From: Patescibacteria group bacterium | GTDB taxonomy: Bacteria > Patescibacteriota > Minisyncoccia > Phycocordibacterales > UBA9973 | Length of the DNA: 64,000 nucleotides | Direction of reading: 5' to 3' | Assembly: GCA_040388575.1 (NCBI GenBank) | Contig: JAZKBO010000001.1 | Location: 6,549 to 70,548 of the forward strand | Shown here: piece by piece, positions 37,921 to 48,267 of the stretch | Numbering within the stretch: position 1 is the stretch's first letter | Layout: every line of letters starts with the position of its first letter | Program-made: the position numbers and the translations under genes | The notes under the pieces: generated by a model | Told to the model about the DNA's origin: nothing | The model's input: the letters and a program-made list of their open reading frames with translations, nothing else | Databases searched by the model: none

Positions 37921-39258
37921 ATGTCAAAAAGAAATTTTATAATCTTAATAATAGTTCTCCTGGTGGTAATCCTTGGTGCACTTTTAGCATTTTCGTACCT
38001 GCGAACTCCAACCGCAACCACTACTACTGAAGGCAACAATTTCCTTGCCAGATTTAATCCGTTTAAAACTACTCCTGCCCCAGCGCCAGCGCCTACCCCG
38101 AGCCCCACAACCCCAGGCAGTGGGGATTTGGGAGGAGGAACAACTGCAGCTGGGAGGCTAAAGCTCATCTCCAGTGTGCCTGTAGCAGGTTATACCGTAT
38201 TTCAAAAGGAAAGGCTGAAGGAGGTGCCTACGGTGGTGCCACCAACGCCTGCTGTAGAAGGAGCAACCACCACAAAAACTTCAAAACCTGTCACCCCCGC
38301 AACTGAGTTTGCGCCAGCGCTACGCTACGTGGATCGAATTACAGGTAATATTTATCAAACTTTTGCAGATAAAATAGATGAGCGAAAATTTACCAATACT
38401 GTAATTCCAAAGGTTTATGAAGCACTATTTGGTAATAAAGGCACCACAGTAATAATGCGCTATCTCAAGACAGATGATGCAACAATTCAAACATTCGTTG
38501 GAATTCTACCAAAAGAGTTCTTAGGCGCCGACACAGGAGACAATACAGTTAAGGGAACATTCCTACCGGACAATATAACTGATTTAAGCTTATCGCCAGA
38601 CACCACTAAACTATTTTATCTATTTAATATGGGAACTAGTAATGAAATTGCAGTAGGCACCACTATGGACATATTAACTGGTAAAAAGGTTCAAGTTTTT
38701 GGAAATAATTTTACCGAGTGGCTATCGGGTTGGTCAAATAGTAAAACTATAACTCTAACAACCAAGCCTTCCGCCACGGTGCCGGGTTATATGTATAATT
38801 TAGATCCTAATACTAAGAGTTTTGGTAGAGTTTTTGGTGAAATCAATGGGTTAACGACCCTAGCTAGTCCAAATGGTAAGTTAATTCTTTATACAGACAA
38901 CACCCTTGCCTTATACCTTTATCATACTGATTCCAAAGTTTCAGATTTGCTTGGGGTAAAAACCATGCCTGAAAAGTGTGCATGGGGGGCTGCCAGCGAC
39001 ACTATATATTGTGCGGTACCTACTAATGCAACAGGTAGTAATTATCCAGACCCTTGGTACACTGGAGAAGTCTCGTTCACTGATCAGATTTGGCAGATAG
39101 ATGTGGTAGGTGGAACTACAAGTATGATTCTAGATCCAGGGCAAGAGCCTAGTGGGGAAGCTATAGATGGAATTAAGTTATCGCTGGATGATGGAGGTAA
39201 TTATCTATTTTTTGTAAATAAAAAGGACTCTTCGCTCTGGGAGTTGAATCTAAAGTAA
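37921..39258 (+). CDS. Membrane-anchored beta-propeller-like protein
   Basis: N-terminal TM, Pro/Thr linker, SPD/SPNG repeats, KC.W...YCAVP. Confidence 0.7.
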   Translation: MSKRNFIILIIVLLVVILGALLAFSYLRTPTATTTTEGNNFLARFNPFKTTPAPAPAPTPSPTTPGSGDLGGGTTAAGRLKLISSVPVAGYTVFQKERLKEVPTVVPPTPAVEGATTTKTSKPVTPATEFAPALRYVDRITGNIYQTFADKIDERKFTNTVIPKVYEALFGNKGTTVIMRYLKTDDATIQTFVGILPKEFLGADTGDNTVKGTFLPDNITDLSLSPDTTKLFYLFNMGTSNEIAVGTTMDILTGKKVQVFGNNFTEWLSGWSNSKTITLTTKPSATVPGYMYNLDPNTKSFGRVFGEINGLTTLASPNGKLILYTDNTLALYLYHTDSKVSDLLGVKTMPEKCAWGAASDTIYCAVPTNATGSNYPDPWYTGEVSFTDQIWQIDVVGGTTSMILDPGQEPSGEAIDGIKLSLDDGGNYLFFVNKKDSSLWELNLK

Positions 39259-39266
39259 AGATGGGG

Positions 39267-39746
39267 TTAGATAGCACCGATGTATTTAATAATTACTCGG
39301 CGGTCCCGCCCGAAACCAGTGGACTCGGTTTTGAGGTCAGTAGCATCAGAGAGAAATTCATGGATGATGCGGCGCTCGAAGGCTGACATTGGATCAACCT
39401 CTACACTTGATTTGAAATACCGGGCGCGCTCGGCCATCATGTGGGCAACTGCACGGACATTTTCCACTCTCTTTTTTTGGAAACCATTTATATCTATAAG
39501 GAAGGATGCCTCTGGCAGAATTGCTCCATCTGTGGCGGGCGATTTAGATTCAATAATTTTACGCACGAGGTGGTTAAGGGCCAGTAGGGCCTCACCATCG
39601 CGAAGAGTAAAAAAATGCGGCTCGCTTACTTCCACACTGTACCAGGTATTAGTTGGGCCGTCTTCAGTAATAACAACATCTTTCACTGAGAGGGTTGTTT
39701 TTTCTATTAATTCCTTTATTAAATTTTGAATTTCTGCCTTTTTCAT
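39267..39746 (-). CDS. jag: Jag/KhpB-like R3H RNA-binding protein
   Basis: PMSAFERRIIH R3H motif; next to yidC. Confidence 0.85.
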   Translation of the reverse strand: MKKAEIQNLIKELIEKTTLSVKDVVITEDGPTNTWYSVEVSEPHFFTLRDGEALLALNHLVRKIIESKSPATDGAILPEASFLIDINGFQKKRVENVRAVAHMMAERARYFKSSVEVDPMSAFERRIIHEFLSDATDLKTESTGFGRDRRVIIKYIGAI

Positions 39747-39748
39747 AT

Positions 39749-40492
39749 CTATTTTATAACCTTTGCTTCTTCAATTAACACCGTCCTCTCTGTTTTATTC
39801 ACGTAAATTTGTTGACCTATAGCAAAAAGGTTACTAGTAATTAAATATAATGCAACCGCTCCGGAATATTTATAGGCAATGAAGACTATAAGGAGGGGGA
39901 GGATGTATTTCATTTGCATACTCATGCTTTTAGTAAGACTGGCCTGGAATGAGTCCATAGATACTCCAGTTGGGACGGGGGGCTTGGGCATAAAATGTGC
40001 TTGGAAATATTGAGACACTCCAGCGAGGATTGCTAAGACAATACTTGTTTTAGTTAGATCAACAAATCCTAGGAAAAGCATATTGACGTGCTCGGGCGCA
40101 TGAATAAAAGAATATAGCATTGAGCTATCAAAATTAATTCCTTTAATAAAAACCCGGTATAGCGCGATGAGCACAAAGATGGTCGGGATAATTACTAAGC
40201 ATCCTGAAAGGGGGTTAGTTTTATGTTTTTTATAAAGCTCAAAGGTTTGCTTGGCTTGTTCTTCTTTTGAAGCGCCACTAGCCTTTATTTTATTAAGCTC
40301 GGGCGTTAGGATGTTCATTGCCGCCTGGTTTCGGATCTGGCGCTCAGTGAGGGGAAAGAGGATGAGTTTAACGATAATAGTGAGTAAAATAACGGCAATT
40401 CCAATGTCTCCCCCTGGAATTACAGATACTAAGAAGGCCAATCCGTTGAGTAAGGGCTTATATAAAATGAGGTTCCAAAGAAAAGATAGCAT
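39749..40492 (-). CDS. yidC: Membrane protein insertase YidC
   Basis: GIAVILLTIIVKLILFPL, LYKKHKTNPLSGCL, ALYLITSNLF. Confidence 0.93.
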   Translation of the reverse strand: MLSFLWNLILYKPLLNGLAFLVSVIPGGDIGIAVILLTIIVKLILFPLTERQIRNQAAMNILTPELNKIKASGASKEEQAKQTFELYKKHKTNPLSGCLVIIPTIFVLIALYRVFIKGINFDSSMLYSFIHAPEHVNMLFLGFVDLTKTSIVLAILAGVSQYFQAHFMPKPPVPTGVSMDSFQASLTKSMSMQMKYILPLLIVFIAYKYSGAVALYLITSNLFAIGQQIYVNKTERTVLIEEAKVIK

Positions 40493-40538
40493 TTCCTCAT
40501 TCTATATGAAAATAAGGGAAAACGCTAGAATTTAAGAA

Positions 40539-40754
40539 TTATGGGACAGGGTCAAAGTGATTTTTTTGCCAAGGGTGGCAGCGCAAGATACGAAGAAATC
40601 CCAAGGAACTTCCTTTAAGTACTCCATATTTTTTTAAAGATTGTTTAGTGTATTCCGAGCAGGTGGGATAAAATTGACATCTACCTCCAAAAACTGCCGA
40701 GATGTATTTCTGGTAAAGATCAATTAATTTTATTAAGTATAGTCTTAATTTCAT
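40539..40754 (-). CDS. yidD: Membrane protein insertion efficiency factor
   Basis: CQFYPTCSEY...RILRCHPW. Confidence 0.92.
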   Translation of the reverse strand: MKLRLYLIKLIDLYQKYISAVFGGRCQFYPTCSEYTKQSLKKYGVLKGSSLGFLRILRCHPWQKNHFDPVP

Positions 40755-41046
40755 TTTCGATTTCGGAAATGTTGCTTTGTGGGGTTTTAAAAACTAGTGT
40801 GCCCTGGATTCCAAGAGGGAAGCGGCTTAAATACTTTTCTAGCGCTTTGTAGCCACGGCGACGCAATGAATTACGCTTTACTGCACTTCCCGCAATGCTT
40901 TTTGGAGCAATAAAGGAAATTTGTGGTTTGCTGGGGCTATTATTTAGAAGAAATTTAAAGCTTAGGTTGGTTGAATTAACAAAACGCCCTCTTTTAAAAA
41001 TTTCGTCTACAACTTTAGTATTTGCTCTGTTTTTTTTGGGAAGCAT
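40720..41046 (-). CDS. rnpA: Ribonuclease P protein component
   Basis: MLPKKNR start; AVKRNSLRRR RNR motif; synteny. Confidence 0.9.
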   Translation of the reverse strand: MLPKKNRANTKVVDEIFKRGRFVNSTNLSFKFLLNNSPSKPQISFIAPKSIAGSAVKRNSLRRRGYKALEKYLSRFPLGIQGTLVFKTPQSNISEIENEIKTILNKIN

Positions 41047-41064
41047 AAATTCTCCCAAGGGAGA

Positions 41065-41199
41065 TTATACTGAGAGTTTGGCTCGGCCTTTTCTCCTTCG
41101 GCGTAGGAGCACTTTTTTACCAGTTTTACTTCTAGAGCGCACTAAAAACCCGTGAGAACGGGCTCTTTTTCGCTTTTTAGGTTGATATGTAAATGACAT
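41065..41199 (-). CDS. rpmH: 50S ribosomal protein L34 (missing from the ORF track)
   Basis: Manual translation [44 protein letters not shown]. Confidence 0.95.
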   Translation of the reverse strand: MSFTYQPKKRKRARSHGFLVRSRSKTGKKVLLRRRRKGRAKLSV

Positions 41200-41269
41200 A
41201 TTCATAGCATACTAGAAAACTTGGTTTAAGTCAAAGAAGAAAAATGAGTAAAGAAATTGGGTTGAATAC

Positions 41270-41289
41270 TTATCAACAGATTATCAACA
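41270..41289 (+). promoter_or_regulatory. Two DnaA-box-like 9-mers upstream of dnaA
   Basis: TTATCAACA at 41270 and 41281 (one mismatch to TTATCCACA). Confidence 0.65.
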
Positions 41290-41345
41290 CGGTTAATAAG
41301 TTTTAGCAATTTGATTTTTACCGATAGGGAGTATAATGTGAAACT

Positions 41346-42695
41346 ATGAATGTGGAACAACTGTGGAAGAACTGTTTAGTTGAAATTGAAGGTGGACTCT
41401 CAAAAGCCAACTTCAGTACCTGGTTTAAAAACACATCTATTCTAAAGGAGGACACTGGTATAATTTACATTGGGGTGCCAAATGAGTTCGTTCGTGACTG
41501 GTTACGCAACAAATACCACAAGCTCATCACTAAAACTATTGCCGACGCTTACGAAAACATGCGTGCGGTAGAGTATATTATTACTAAAATAGAGGCTGAA
41601 AAGCATGAATTACCCCCTGGCACTAACAATGAGGTCTATGTAAACAAGGAATTACCTTTAAAAGACCTGTATATCAACCAGGAGGACAATTTAAACCCTC
41701 GTTACCACTTCAAGTCCTTTATCGTGGGTACTTTTAATGAGCTTGCGTATGCCGCATCCCAAGCTATCATCGACAGCCCTGGGACTAAGTACAATCCTTT
41801 CTTCGTTTACGGTGGCACTGGCCTCGGTAAGACTCATTTGATTCAGGCAGTTGGTAATGCAATAAAGGATAAGTATCCAAACAAGAAAGTTCATTATATG
41901 ACCTTAGAAAAGTTCGCTACCGACTTTATCAATGCCATTCAAAACAATAAAGCTAACACTTTTAAAGAAAAATACCGCAAATACGACCTCTTGATCATTG
42001 ATGATATCCAATTTATTGGGAAAATGGAGAAGATTCAGGAAGAACTTTTCCACACATTTAACACTTTTCACGAAAACAATAAGCAAATCATCTTCTCGAG
42101 TGATAAACACCCTAATTACATCCCAGAGTTAGCCGATCGGCTAAAGTCTCGATTTTCTGCGGGGATGATTGTGGATATCTCTGAGCCTGAGTATGAGTCC
42201 CGCCTAGCGATACTTAAGGTTAAGCTACGGGAGTTAAATATCGATTTAGACCCTGAAATTGTTGATTATATTGCTTCAACAGTGGATGGTAACGTGCGAG
42301 AGTTAGAGGGGAGTCTAAACACCATTGTTCTACAATATCGTTTAAAGAATAGACCCCTGCCACTTACTGAAGTAAAAAATTTACTTAAGAATAATTTACG
42401 TCCGAAGAAAAATATCGCAATAAAGGATGTAGTTAAGATCGTAAGCGGTTACTATAAGCTTGAGGAAACTTCTATTTATGAAAAAACTAGAAGGAAAGAG
42501 ATAGTTAAGGCTCGCCAAGTGGTAATGTACCTACTTCGGGAGGATTTTAATGTATCTTATCCACTTATTGGGCAAAAGATAGGTGGGAAAGATCATACAA
42601 CCGTCATCCATTCTTGTTTAAAAATAAAAACTGATCTGAAAAACGACCCACAACTTTTACAAGAATTAGAACAGATAAGAGTTATGTTTAAGTAA
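41346..42695 (+). CDS. dnaA: Chromosomal replication initiator DnaA
   Basis: GGTGLGKTHL, IDDIQF, EELFHTFN, GGKDHTTVIH. Confidence 0.98.
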   Translation: MNVEQLWKNCLVEIEGGLSKANFSTWFKNTSILKEDTGIIYIGVPNEFVRDWLRNKYHKLITKTIADAYENMRAVEYIITKIEAEKHELPPGTNNEVYVNKELPLKDLYINQEDNLNPRYHFKSFIVGTFNELAYAASQAIIDSPGTKYNPFFVYGGTGLGKTHLIQAVGNAIKDKYPNKKVHYMTLEKFATDFINAIQNNKANTFKEKYRKYDLLIIDDIQFIGKMEKIQEELFHTFNTFHENNKQIIFSSDKHPNYIPELADRLKSRFSAGMIVDISEPEYESRLAILKVKLRELNIDLDPEIVDYIASTVDGNVRELEGSLNTIVLQYRLKNRPLPLTEVKNLLKNNLRPKKNIAIKDVVKIVSGYYKLEETSIYEKTRRKEIVKARQVVMYLLREDFNVSYPLIGQKIGGKDHTTVIHSCLKIKTDLKNDPQLLQELEQIRVMFK

Positions 42696-42828
42696 CCTAA
42701 AGTTATCCCTGTGAAATCAAAAATTTTTAAAGCAAAAAACCTTTATAAATAAAAGTAAAACAGATTTATCCACTTACACACACACCTAATAGTACTAATA
42801 GATTAAATATATAAACTATAAACATATT
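42696..42828. other. Candidate oriC (dnaA-dnaN intergenic region)
   Basis: AT-rich; DnaA-box-like TTATCCCTG (42703) and TTATCCACT (42766); TAATAG repeats after the second box. Confidence 0.55.
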
Positions 42829-43926
42829 ATGAAGTTGGAATGTGAAATAGAAAAAATTAAAAACGGTTTCTCTCAAGCTGAAAGAATTACAGGTAAGAAC
42901 TTAACACTACCAGTTCTAAATTCAATTCTTTTAATAGCTTCTAATAAATCACTGAAATTGAGAGCTACAAACTTGAGCCTTGGAGTTGAGATAGAAATAC
43001 CAGCTAAGATAGAAAAAGAGGGAATAGTGGCAATATCTGGGTCAGTACTTTCTGGAATTTTTTCAAATGTTGCCGAGGGAGGCACTGTAAAACTAGAAGA
43101 TAGTGATGGGAATCTAGTTGTTAAAACAAAAAAGAGTAATATAAAACTCAAAGGCCAACCCCACGATGATTTTCCCACCATCCCCACCGTGACTGGTAAA
43201 ACCATTGAAATAGAAGCTAAAAAGCTCGTAGACGGGATTAAATCCGTTTATTATAGTTCCTCACCTTCAGATATTAAGCCTGAAATTTCAAGTGTTTATA
43301 TATATACCAACGAAGATAACTTAGTGTTTGTTTCTACAGATTCTTTTCGACTTGCGGAGAAAAAAATAAAAACCAAAAAACAAGAAGAAGTTCCAGGGAT
43401 ATTAATTCCATTTAAAAATATACCCGAAATTCTAAGAATCTTCGGAGAAATTTCAGGTAATATTAAAGTTTGTTTTAATAAAAACCAAATCTCTTTTTCT
43501 GGAGAGAATATTTATCTAACATCTAGGGTAATAGATGGAATTTTTCCAGACTATCGCCAGATCGTTCCAAAAGAAAGTACTACTGAGGTTGTGCTTTTAA
43601 AACAAGATTTACTAAATGCACTAAAACTCTCGAATATTTTTTCCGATAAATTTAACCAAGTTAATTTAACTGTAAATCCAAAAGAAAAACTTTTTGAACT
43701 TTCTTCCGCCAACAACGACATCGGAGAAAACAAAACTTACTTAGACGCTGCCATAAAAGGGGAGGCTATCGAGCTTGGGTTTAATTATCGATACTTTTTA
43801 GACTGTTTTCAGTCAATCAATTCTGATAGTATCTCCATTAAACTAAACGGCGCCTCTAAACCCATACTAATATCACCAGTTGGTGACAACTCCTTTACTT
43901 ACCTCATAATGCCGATGAATAGATAA
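42829..43926 (+). CDS. dnaN: DNA polymerase III beta clamp
   Basis: ATNL, STDSFRLA, G.FPDYRQI, YLIMPM. Confidence 0.96.
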   Translation: MKLECEIEKIKNGFSQAERITGKNLTLPVLNSILLIASNKSLKLRATNLSLGVEIEIPAKIEKEGIVAISGSVLSGIFSNVAEGGTVKLEDSDGNLVVKTKKSNIKLKGQPHDDFPTIPTVTGKTIEIEAKKLVDGIKSVYYSSSPSDIKPEISSVYIYTNEDNLVFVSTDSFRLAEKKIKTKKQEEVPGILIPFKNIPEILRIFGEISGNIKVCFNKNQISFSGENIYLTSRVIDGIFPDYRQIVPKESTTEVVLLKQDLLNALKLSNIFSDKFNQVNLTVNPKEKLFELSSANNDIGENKTYLDAAIKGEAIELGFNYRYFLDCFQSINSDSISIKLNGASKPILISPVGDNSFTYLIMPMNR

Positions 43927-43928
43927 AG

Positions 43929-44186
43929 ATGATTGAAATCAAGGATTTACTTCTTCGATTTTCCAACCTACTTCTCTCAGAAGAGATTAAAAAGGAATCC
44001 ATCCGCCAGATTATCTCCGATGCGATCGGCTCCCCAATAAGCCTCAAAGATATCAAAATAAAAACCAATACGGTTTATTTAAACATTAAACCAATATACA
44101 AAAACGAAATCCTTAGGAAGAAAGATAAAATCTCTGCCAGCCTAGAGGCTTCCCTGGGCCAGCACTTTCCAAAGAATATAAGGTAA
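43929..44186 (+). CDS. Small protein, possibly DciA/DUF721-like
   Basis: 85-aa ORF directly after dnaN; family call from position and weak pattern only. Confidence 0.45.
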   Translation: MIEIKDLLLRFSNLLLSEEIKKESIRQIISDAIGSPISLKDIKIKTNTVYLNIKPIYKNEILRKKDKISASLEASLGQHFPKNIR

Positions 44187-46772
44187 TTAATTTTTTACCT
44201 TAAAAGTAGAGTCAACCTCTCCGCGATTAAATGCAGAATCATAGAAAATTATTTTCAAATCATTTTCACTTTTTAAGTTATCTAATTCACTCGGAACGAA
44301 GGAAAAGTTGAATGGAGCTTGAGAGGTGCCCAGGTACACATCGTTAACAAATATCTCAATCTTCTGTAGCGGATATGGGCCAAAACTCGATATATTTAAA
44401 GATATTTTGTCATTTGGATTATATACCGTGTTCTCATTAGGCTCTATTATAGACACAGATGGACTGGAACTATTTGTGTGGACATCATCTAATGAAGTAG
44501 GTTTATCAGCCTCAGTCACAACAGGGTATTTATACTTATTTTGAGCCCACCAGTTTTGGATTGGCACTTCCCAGTGCTGGAACTGCACATTGTCTTCGGG
44601 GTTGCTTGGTGGGGGGCCAGTAATATCACTTCTATCTACCCAATATAAAATAGAATGAACATTGGTTATCACTTTTTCCTCCCTAGTTTCTTTAGGAGTG
44701 TTTTCCGTTGCTAGCTTGCCCGAAATTTTATCAATAAAGAAGTTGTCATTACCTTGCCAGTAGCCACGCAGCACTGGCTTCACTGTAGTTGGGTCCACTT
44801 CCAAGTTTGGTGCTTCAAATTGTTCATTCGGCATTATTTTAAGAGCCTCATTCATAAATTTATTCCAAATCGGGCCAGCAACCGCCGAACCTCCCTTTTT
44901 CATTGGCACATTGTCATTGTTTCCTGCCCAAACTCCAACTGCGATGGATGGTGTGTAGCCGATAGTCCACGCATCTTTATTATTATTTGTAGTTCCAGTT
45001 TTTACTGCCACGTCCTTACCAGGAATATTAAGAACTGAATTAGCGCCGAAGGTCGGGGTGCGGGCAACATTATCGGACAAAATATCGGAAATAGTTAGTG
45101 CAGTATTTTTAGGTAATACTTCCTTAGTATCAGGTGTATATTCTTCCAATAAATTTCCACTCGCGTCTTCAACTTTCAGAATTCCAGTATAAGGATTTTT
45201 TACACCACTATTTGCAAATACACTGTAAGCCGACGTCATATCAAGTAAGGATACTTCACCACCTCCGATAACCAATGTAAGGCCGTATCTACTAGTGTCG
45301 GTTAAAGTGGTGATACCCATCTCTTCTGCAGTGCGCAGAGCATCCCCGAGCCCTACTAGATAGAAAAGTTTGACCGCCGGGATGTTGATCGATTGAGCCA
45401 GCGCATCCCGTAGCTTCATTGGCCCACGGAAGAGCCCATCATAATCATCCGGCTTGTAACAGTCAGCTTGGTTGTGTCCAGGTAGAGCCTTGCCATAAGG
45501 GTCACAGGTGCTCTGAAATTCAGTTGGTAGGTCAAAGAGTACTGTATCAGGGGTAAAGCCCTTGTTGAAGGCGGTAGCGTAAATAAAGGGCTTAAAGGAA
45601 GAGCCTGGCTGACGGGATGCGGTGGCGACGTTGAAGTTACCATCTATATTTTTATCGAAATAGTCTCGTGAGCCCACCATAGTTAAGATTTGCCCAGTTT
45701 TCGGATCAATGGCAACCAGGGCTGCGTTTTTACCATTCCAATCCTTTTCATTTTGTAGGGCTCCGGCCTTAACTATCTCCTCACCCTTGCCTTGCAGGTC
45801 GGCGTCGAGGGTGGTGGTGACTTTTAAACCACCATTTTCCACCATCTCTGCGCCATATTTTTGCTCTAAGTAGTCCTTAATAAAAAATACAAAGTGAGGG
45901 GCGATAATACCTTGGGTTGCCTGCGGCATGAAGGCCACTTGTTCACTTTTAGCTTGGTCATACTCTTCTTGGCCGATAAATTTCAGGTCTAGCATTCTCT
46001 TTAGTACTAAATTTTTTCTTTCTTCTAATTTGTCTCTATTTTTTCCATACGGCGACAAAGTAGTAGGGGACTGTGGGATAGCGGCTAGATATGCAGCTTC
46101 AGCTAAAGATAAATCTACCGCCTTTTTACCAAAGTACATTTTACTCGCTTCCTCAATGCCGTAAACATTGCCTCCATAAGGTGCTTCATTCAAATAATAT
46201 TCGAGGATTTTATCTTTTGGCATGGAGCGGTCTACCTTTATTGCCAAAACCCACTCCTTGATTTTTCTAGTGTAAGTTTTCTTTTGAGTTAGGAGTGTAT
46301 TTTTGACTAATTGTTGGGTGATAGTGGAGCCGCCTTGAGTTTGACTACCACCAATTATGTTAGACAACACTGCGCGGATAATAGAGGTAACTCTGATGCC
46401 CCCGTGATTATAAAATTCCGAGTCCTCAATGGCTACAGTCGCGTTTTTAATATTCGGACTCATTTGATCGAATGTTATGTAGGTCCTGCGAATATCCTGA
46501 TGAATGTCGTATAAAAGAACATCCCCAGTGCGGTCATATATTTTTGTAGAGTTAACCACCTTACGGTTTTCAAAAGAGTGAAAGTCAGGAATTGTAAGAG
46601 AAGAAACCCAAACAGCGGCCAAACCAACGAAAATTATAAAAACCCCAGCGCAAAAGAAGAGAGCATTCTTCCAGAAGTGATTACTGCCTCTGATCTTTTT
46701 AATGATTTTAAATACCCATTTGTCGAATATTTCGCTTGTTGCCTTGAATTTTAACCATATTTCTTGAATCAT
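44187..46772 (-). CDS. Class A penicillin-binding protein (transglycosylase/transpeptidase)
   Basis: EDSEFY.H.G, GGSTITQQLVKN, SSFK, SIN, KTGT; C-terminal Ig-like domain. Confidence 0.95.
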   Translation of the reverse strand: MIQEIWLKFKATSEIFDKWVFKIIKKIRGSNHFWKNALFFCAGVFIIFVGLAAVWVSSLTIPDFHSFENRKVVNSTKIYDRTGDVLLYDIHQDIRRTYITFDQMSPNIKNATVAIEDSEFYNHGGIRVTSIIRAVLSNIIGGSQTQGGSTITQQLVKNTLLTQKKTYTRKIKEWVLAIKVDRSMPKDKILEYYLNEAPYGGNVYGIEEASKMYFGKKAVDLSLAEAAYLAAIPQSPTTLSPYGKNRDKLEERKNLVLKRMLDLKFIGQEEYDQAKSEQVAFMPQATQGIIAPHFVFFIKDYLEQKYGAEMVENGGLKVTTTLDADLQGKGEEIVKAGALQNEKDWNGKNAALVAIDPKTGQILTMVGSRDYFDKNIDGNFNVATASRQPGSSFKPFIYATAFNKGFTPDTVLFDLPTEFQSTCDPYGKALPGHNQADCYKPDDYDGLFRGPMKLRDALAQSINIPAVKLFYLVGLGDALRTAEEMGITTLTDTSRYGLTLVIGGGEVSLLDMTSAYSVFANSGVKNPYTGILKVEDASGNLLEEYTPDTKEVLPKNTALTISDILSDNVARTPTFGANSVLNIPGKDVAVKTGTTNNNKDAWTIGYTPSIAVGVWAGNNDNVPMKKGGSAVAGPIWNKFMNEALKIMPNEQFEAPNLEVDPTTVKPVLRGYWQGNDNFFIDKISGKLATENTPKETREEKVITNVHSILYWVDRSDITGPPPSNPEDNVQFQHWEVPIQNWWAQNKYKYPVVTEADKPTSLDDVHTNSSSPSVSIIEPNENTVYNPNDKISLNISSFGPYPLQKIEIFVNDVYLGTSQAPFNFSFVPSELDNLKSENDLKIIFYDSAFNRGEVDSTFKVKN

Positions 46773-46825
46773 AGATAGAACGCTAATTATAGCAAAAAAC
46801 GAGCTTTTATGTAATAATTTCGGGT

Positions 46826-47998
46826 ATGGATAAGATAGAAGAGCTGCTAACTCGCGGAGTAGATAAAATTTACCCCTCTAAGGAGGCACTAGAGGAATTG
46901 CTGCGATCTGGTAAAAAATTAAAGTTATACCAAGGCTTTGACCCTACGGGCGACAAACTACATATAGGGCATATGGTAGGTCTACGTAAACACAGACAAT
47001 GGCAAGATCTAGGCCATGAGGTTATTTTCCTTATCGGCGATGGCACGGGTGAAGCAGGTGACCCAACCGGCAAAAAGAAAACCAGAGAAAAATTCTTCAC
47101 TAGTGAAGAGTTGCGCGCCAACGCAAAAGATTACCTTACTCAAGCTTCCAAGGTTGTACGTTTTGACGGGGCTAATCCAATTAAAATAATGTACAACGGA
47201 GAATGGTTAAATAAATTAACCAAGACCGAAATTTTAAATATTGCGGAACATTTTTCAGTACAGCAATTGATTGAGAGGGATATGTTTCAAGAACGTTTAA
47301 AGGCAGGTGAATCCATAAACCTTCGAGAATTCTTATATCCTTTACTTCAGGCTTATGACTCTGTGGTGTTGGAAGTAGACCTAGAGTTGGGGGGATCCGA
47401 CCAGACATTTAATATGTTGGCCGGACGTATGCTAGCCCGCGCGATGAAAGGCAAAGAAAAATTAGTTATGACCACCCCACTCCTTTCTGACTCTAAAGGA
47501 GTAAAAATAGGTAAAAGTGAAAATAATGTAATTGGTTTAACGGATCAAGCTCCTGACTTGTTCGGTAAAATAATGTCTCTAAGTGACGATGTTATTATCC
47601 CAATGTTTGAATATTTAACAGATGTACCGATGGCTGAGGTTAAATCCTTTAATCTTAAGAAGGATGCCATGAGCCTAAAAAAGAAAGTCGCTCATCTTAT
47701 TGTCGCACAGCTTCACGATGAAAAATCGGCCCAGGAAGCAGAAGATAACTTCAGTAACACTTTTCAAAAAGGAAAAATACCGGAAGTTATGGCTGAACTT
47801 GGGGGGAATAGTGAGAGCTTAATGGATATTTTAGTAAAAACTAAAAGTCTATCTTCTAAGAGTGAATATCGCCGCTTAGTAAAAGAAGGTGCAGTCACTG
47901 ATTTGGAATCTGATGAAAAAATATCTGACCCTGATTTTATTCCCAAAGAAGGACAAAGCTTTAAGATAGGTAAAAAAACATTTATTAAAATAATCTAA
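46826..47998 (+). CDS. tyrS: Tyrosine--tRNA ligase
   Basis: GFDPT..LHIGH, YPLLQAYD, GGSDQ.FN, KIGKS. Confidence 0.96.
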   Translation: MDKIEELLTRGVDKIYPSKEALEELLRSGKKLKLYQGFDPTGDKLHIGHMVGLRKHRQWQDLGHEVIFLIGDGTGEAGDPTGKKKTREKFFTSEELRANAKDYLTQASKVVRFDGANPIKIMYNGEWLNKLTKTEILNIAEHFSVQQLIERDMFQERLKAGESINLREFLYPLLQAYDSVVLEVDLELGGSDQTFNMLAGRMLARAMKGKEKLVMTTPLLSDSKGVKIGKSENNVIGLTDQAPDLFGKIMSLSDDVIIPMFEYLTDVPMAEVKSFNLKKDAMSLKKKVAHLIVAQLHDEKSAQEAEDNFSNTFQKGKIPEVMAELGGNSESLMDILVKTKSLSSKSEYRRLVKEGAVTDLESDEKISDPDFIPKEGQSFKIGKKTFIKII

Positions 47999-48035
47999 CT
48001 AAACAAAACACCCCGAGCGGGGTGTTTTGTTTAGT
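47998..48035. terminator. Bidirectional terminator
   Basis: Perfect 17-bp inverted repeat ACTAAACAAAACACCCC-GAGC-GGGGTGTTTTGTTTAGT between convergent genes. Confidence 0.85.
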
Positions 48036-48171
48036 GGTCTTTGTCGGGGTCGTCGTCGGTATCCTCATCAAATCTAAAGTCATTGATGGCACCCTCCTCT
48101 AAGGGTTCCAGTAATTCATCATCACCGTCGCCCTCTACTTTAAACCCTGCATCGTCATCGTCGTAACTCAT
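48031..48171 (-). CDS. 46-aa highly acidic small protein
   Basis: MSYDDDDAGFKVEGDGDDELLEPLEEGAINDFRFDEDTDDDPDKDH; 21 of 46 residues are D/E. Confidence 0.65.
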   Translation of the reverse strand: MSYDDDDAGFKVEGDGDDELLEPLEEGAINDFRFDEDTDDDPDKDH

Positions 48172-48267
48172 TTAAAATAAAAGTTAATTTATAAGTTTTG
48201 CTAACTTTTACTTTGTAGCAAAATCTAAAAAGCTTAGCAAGATAATGTGTGGATAACTCTAGAAAGC

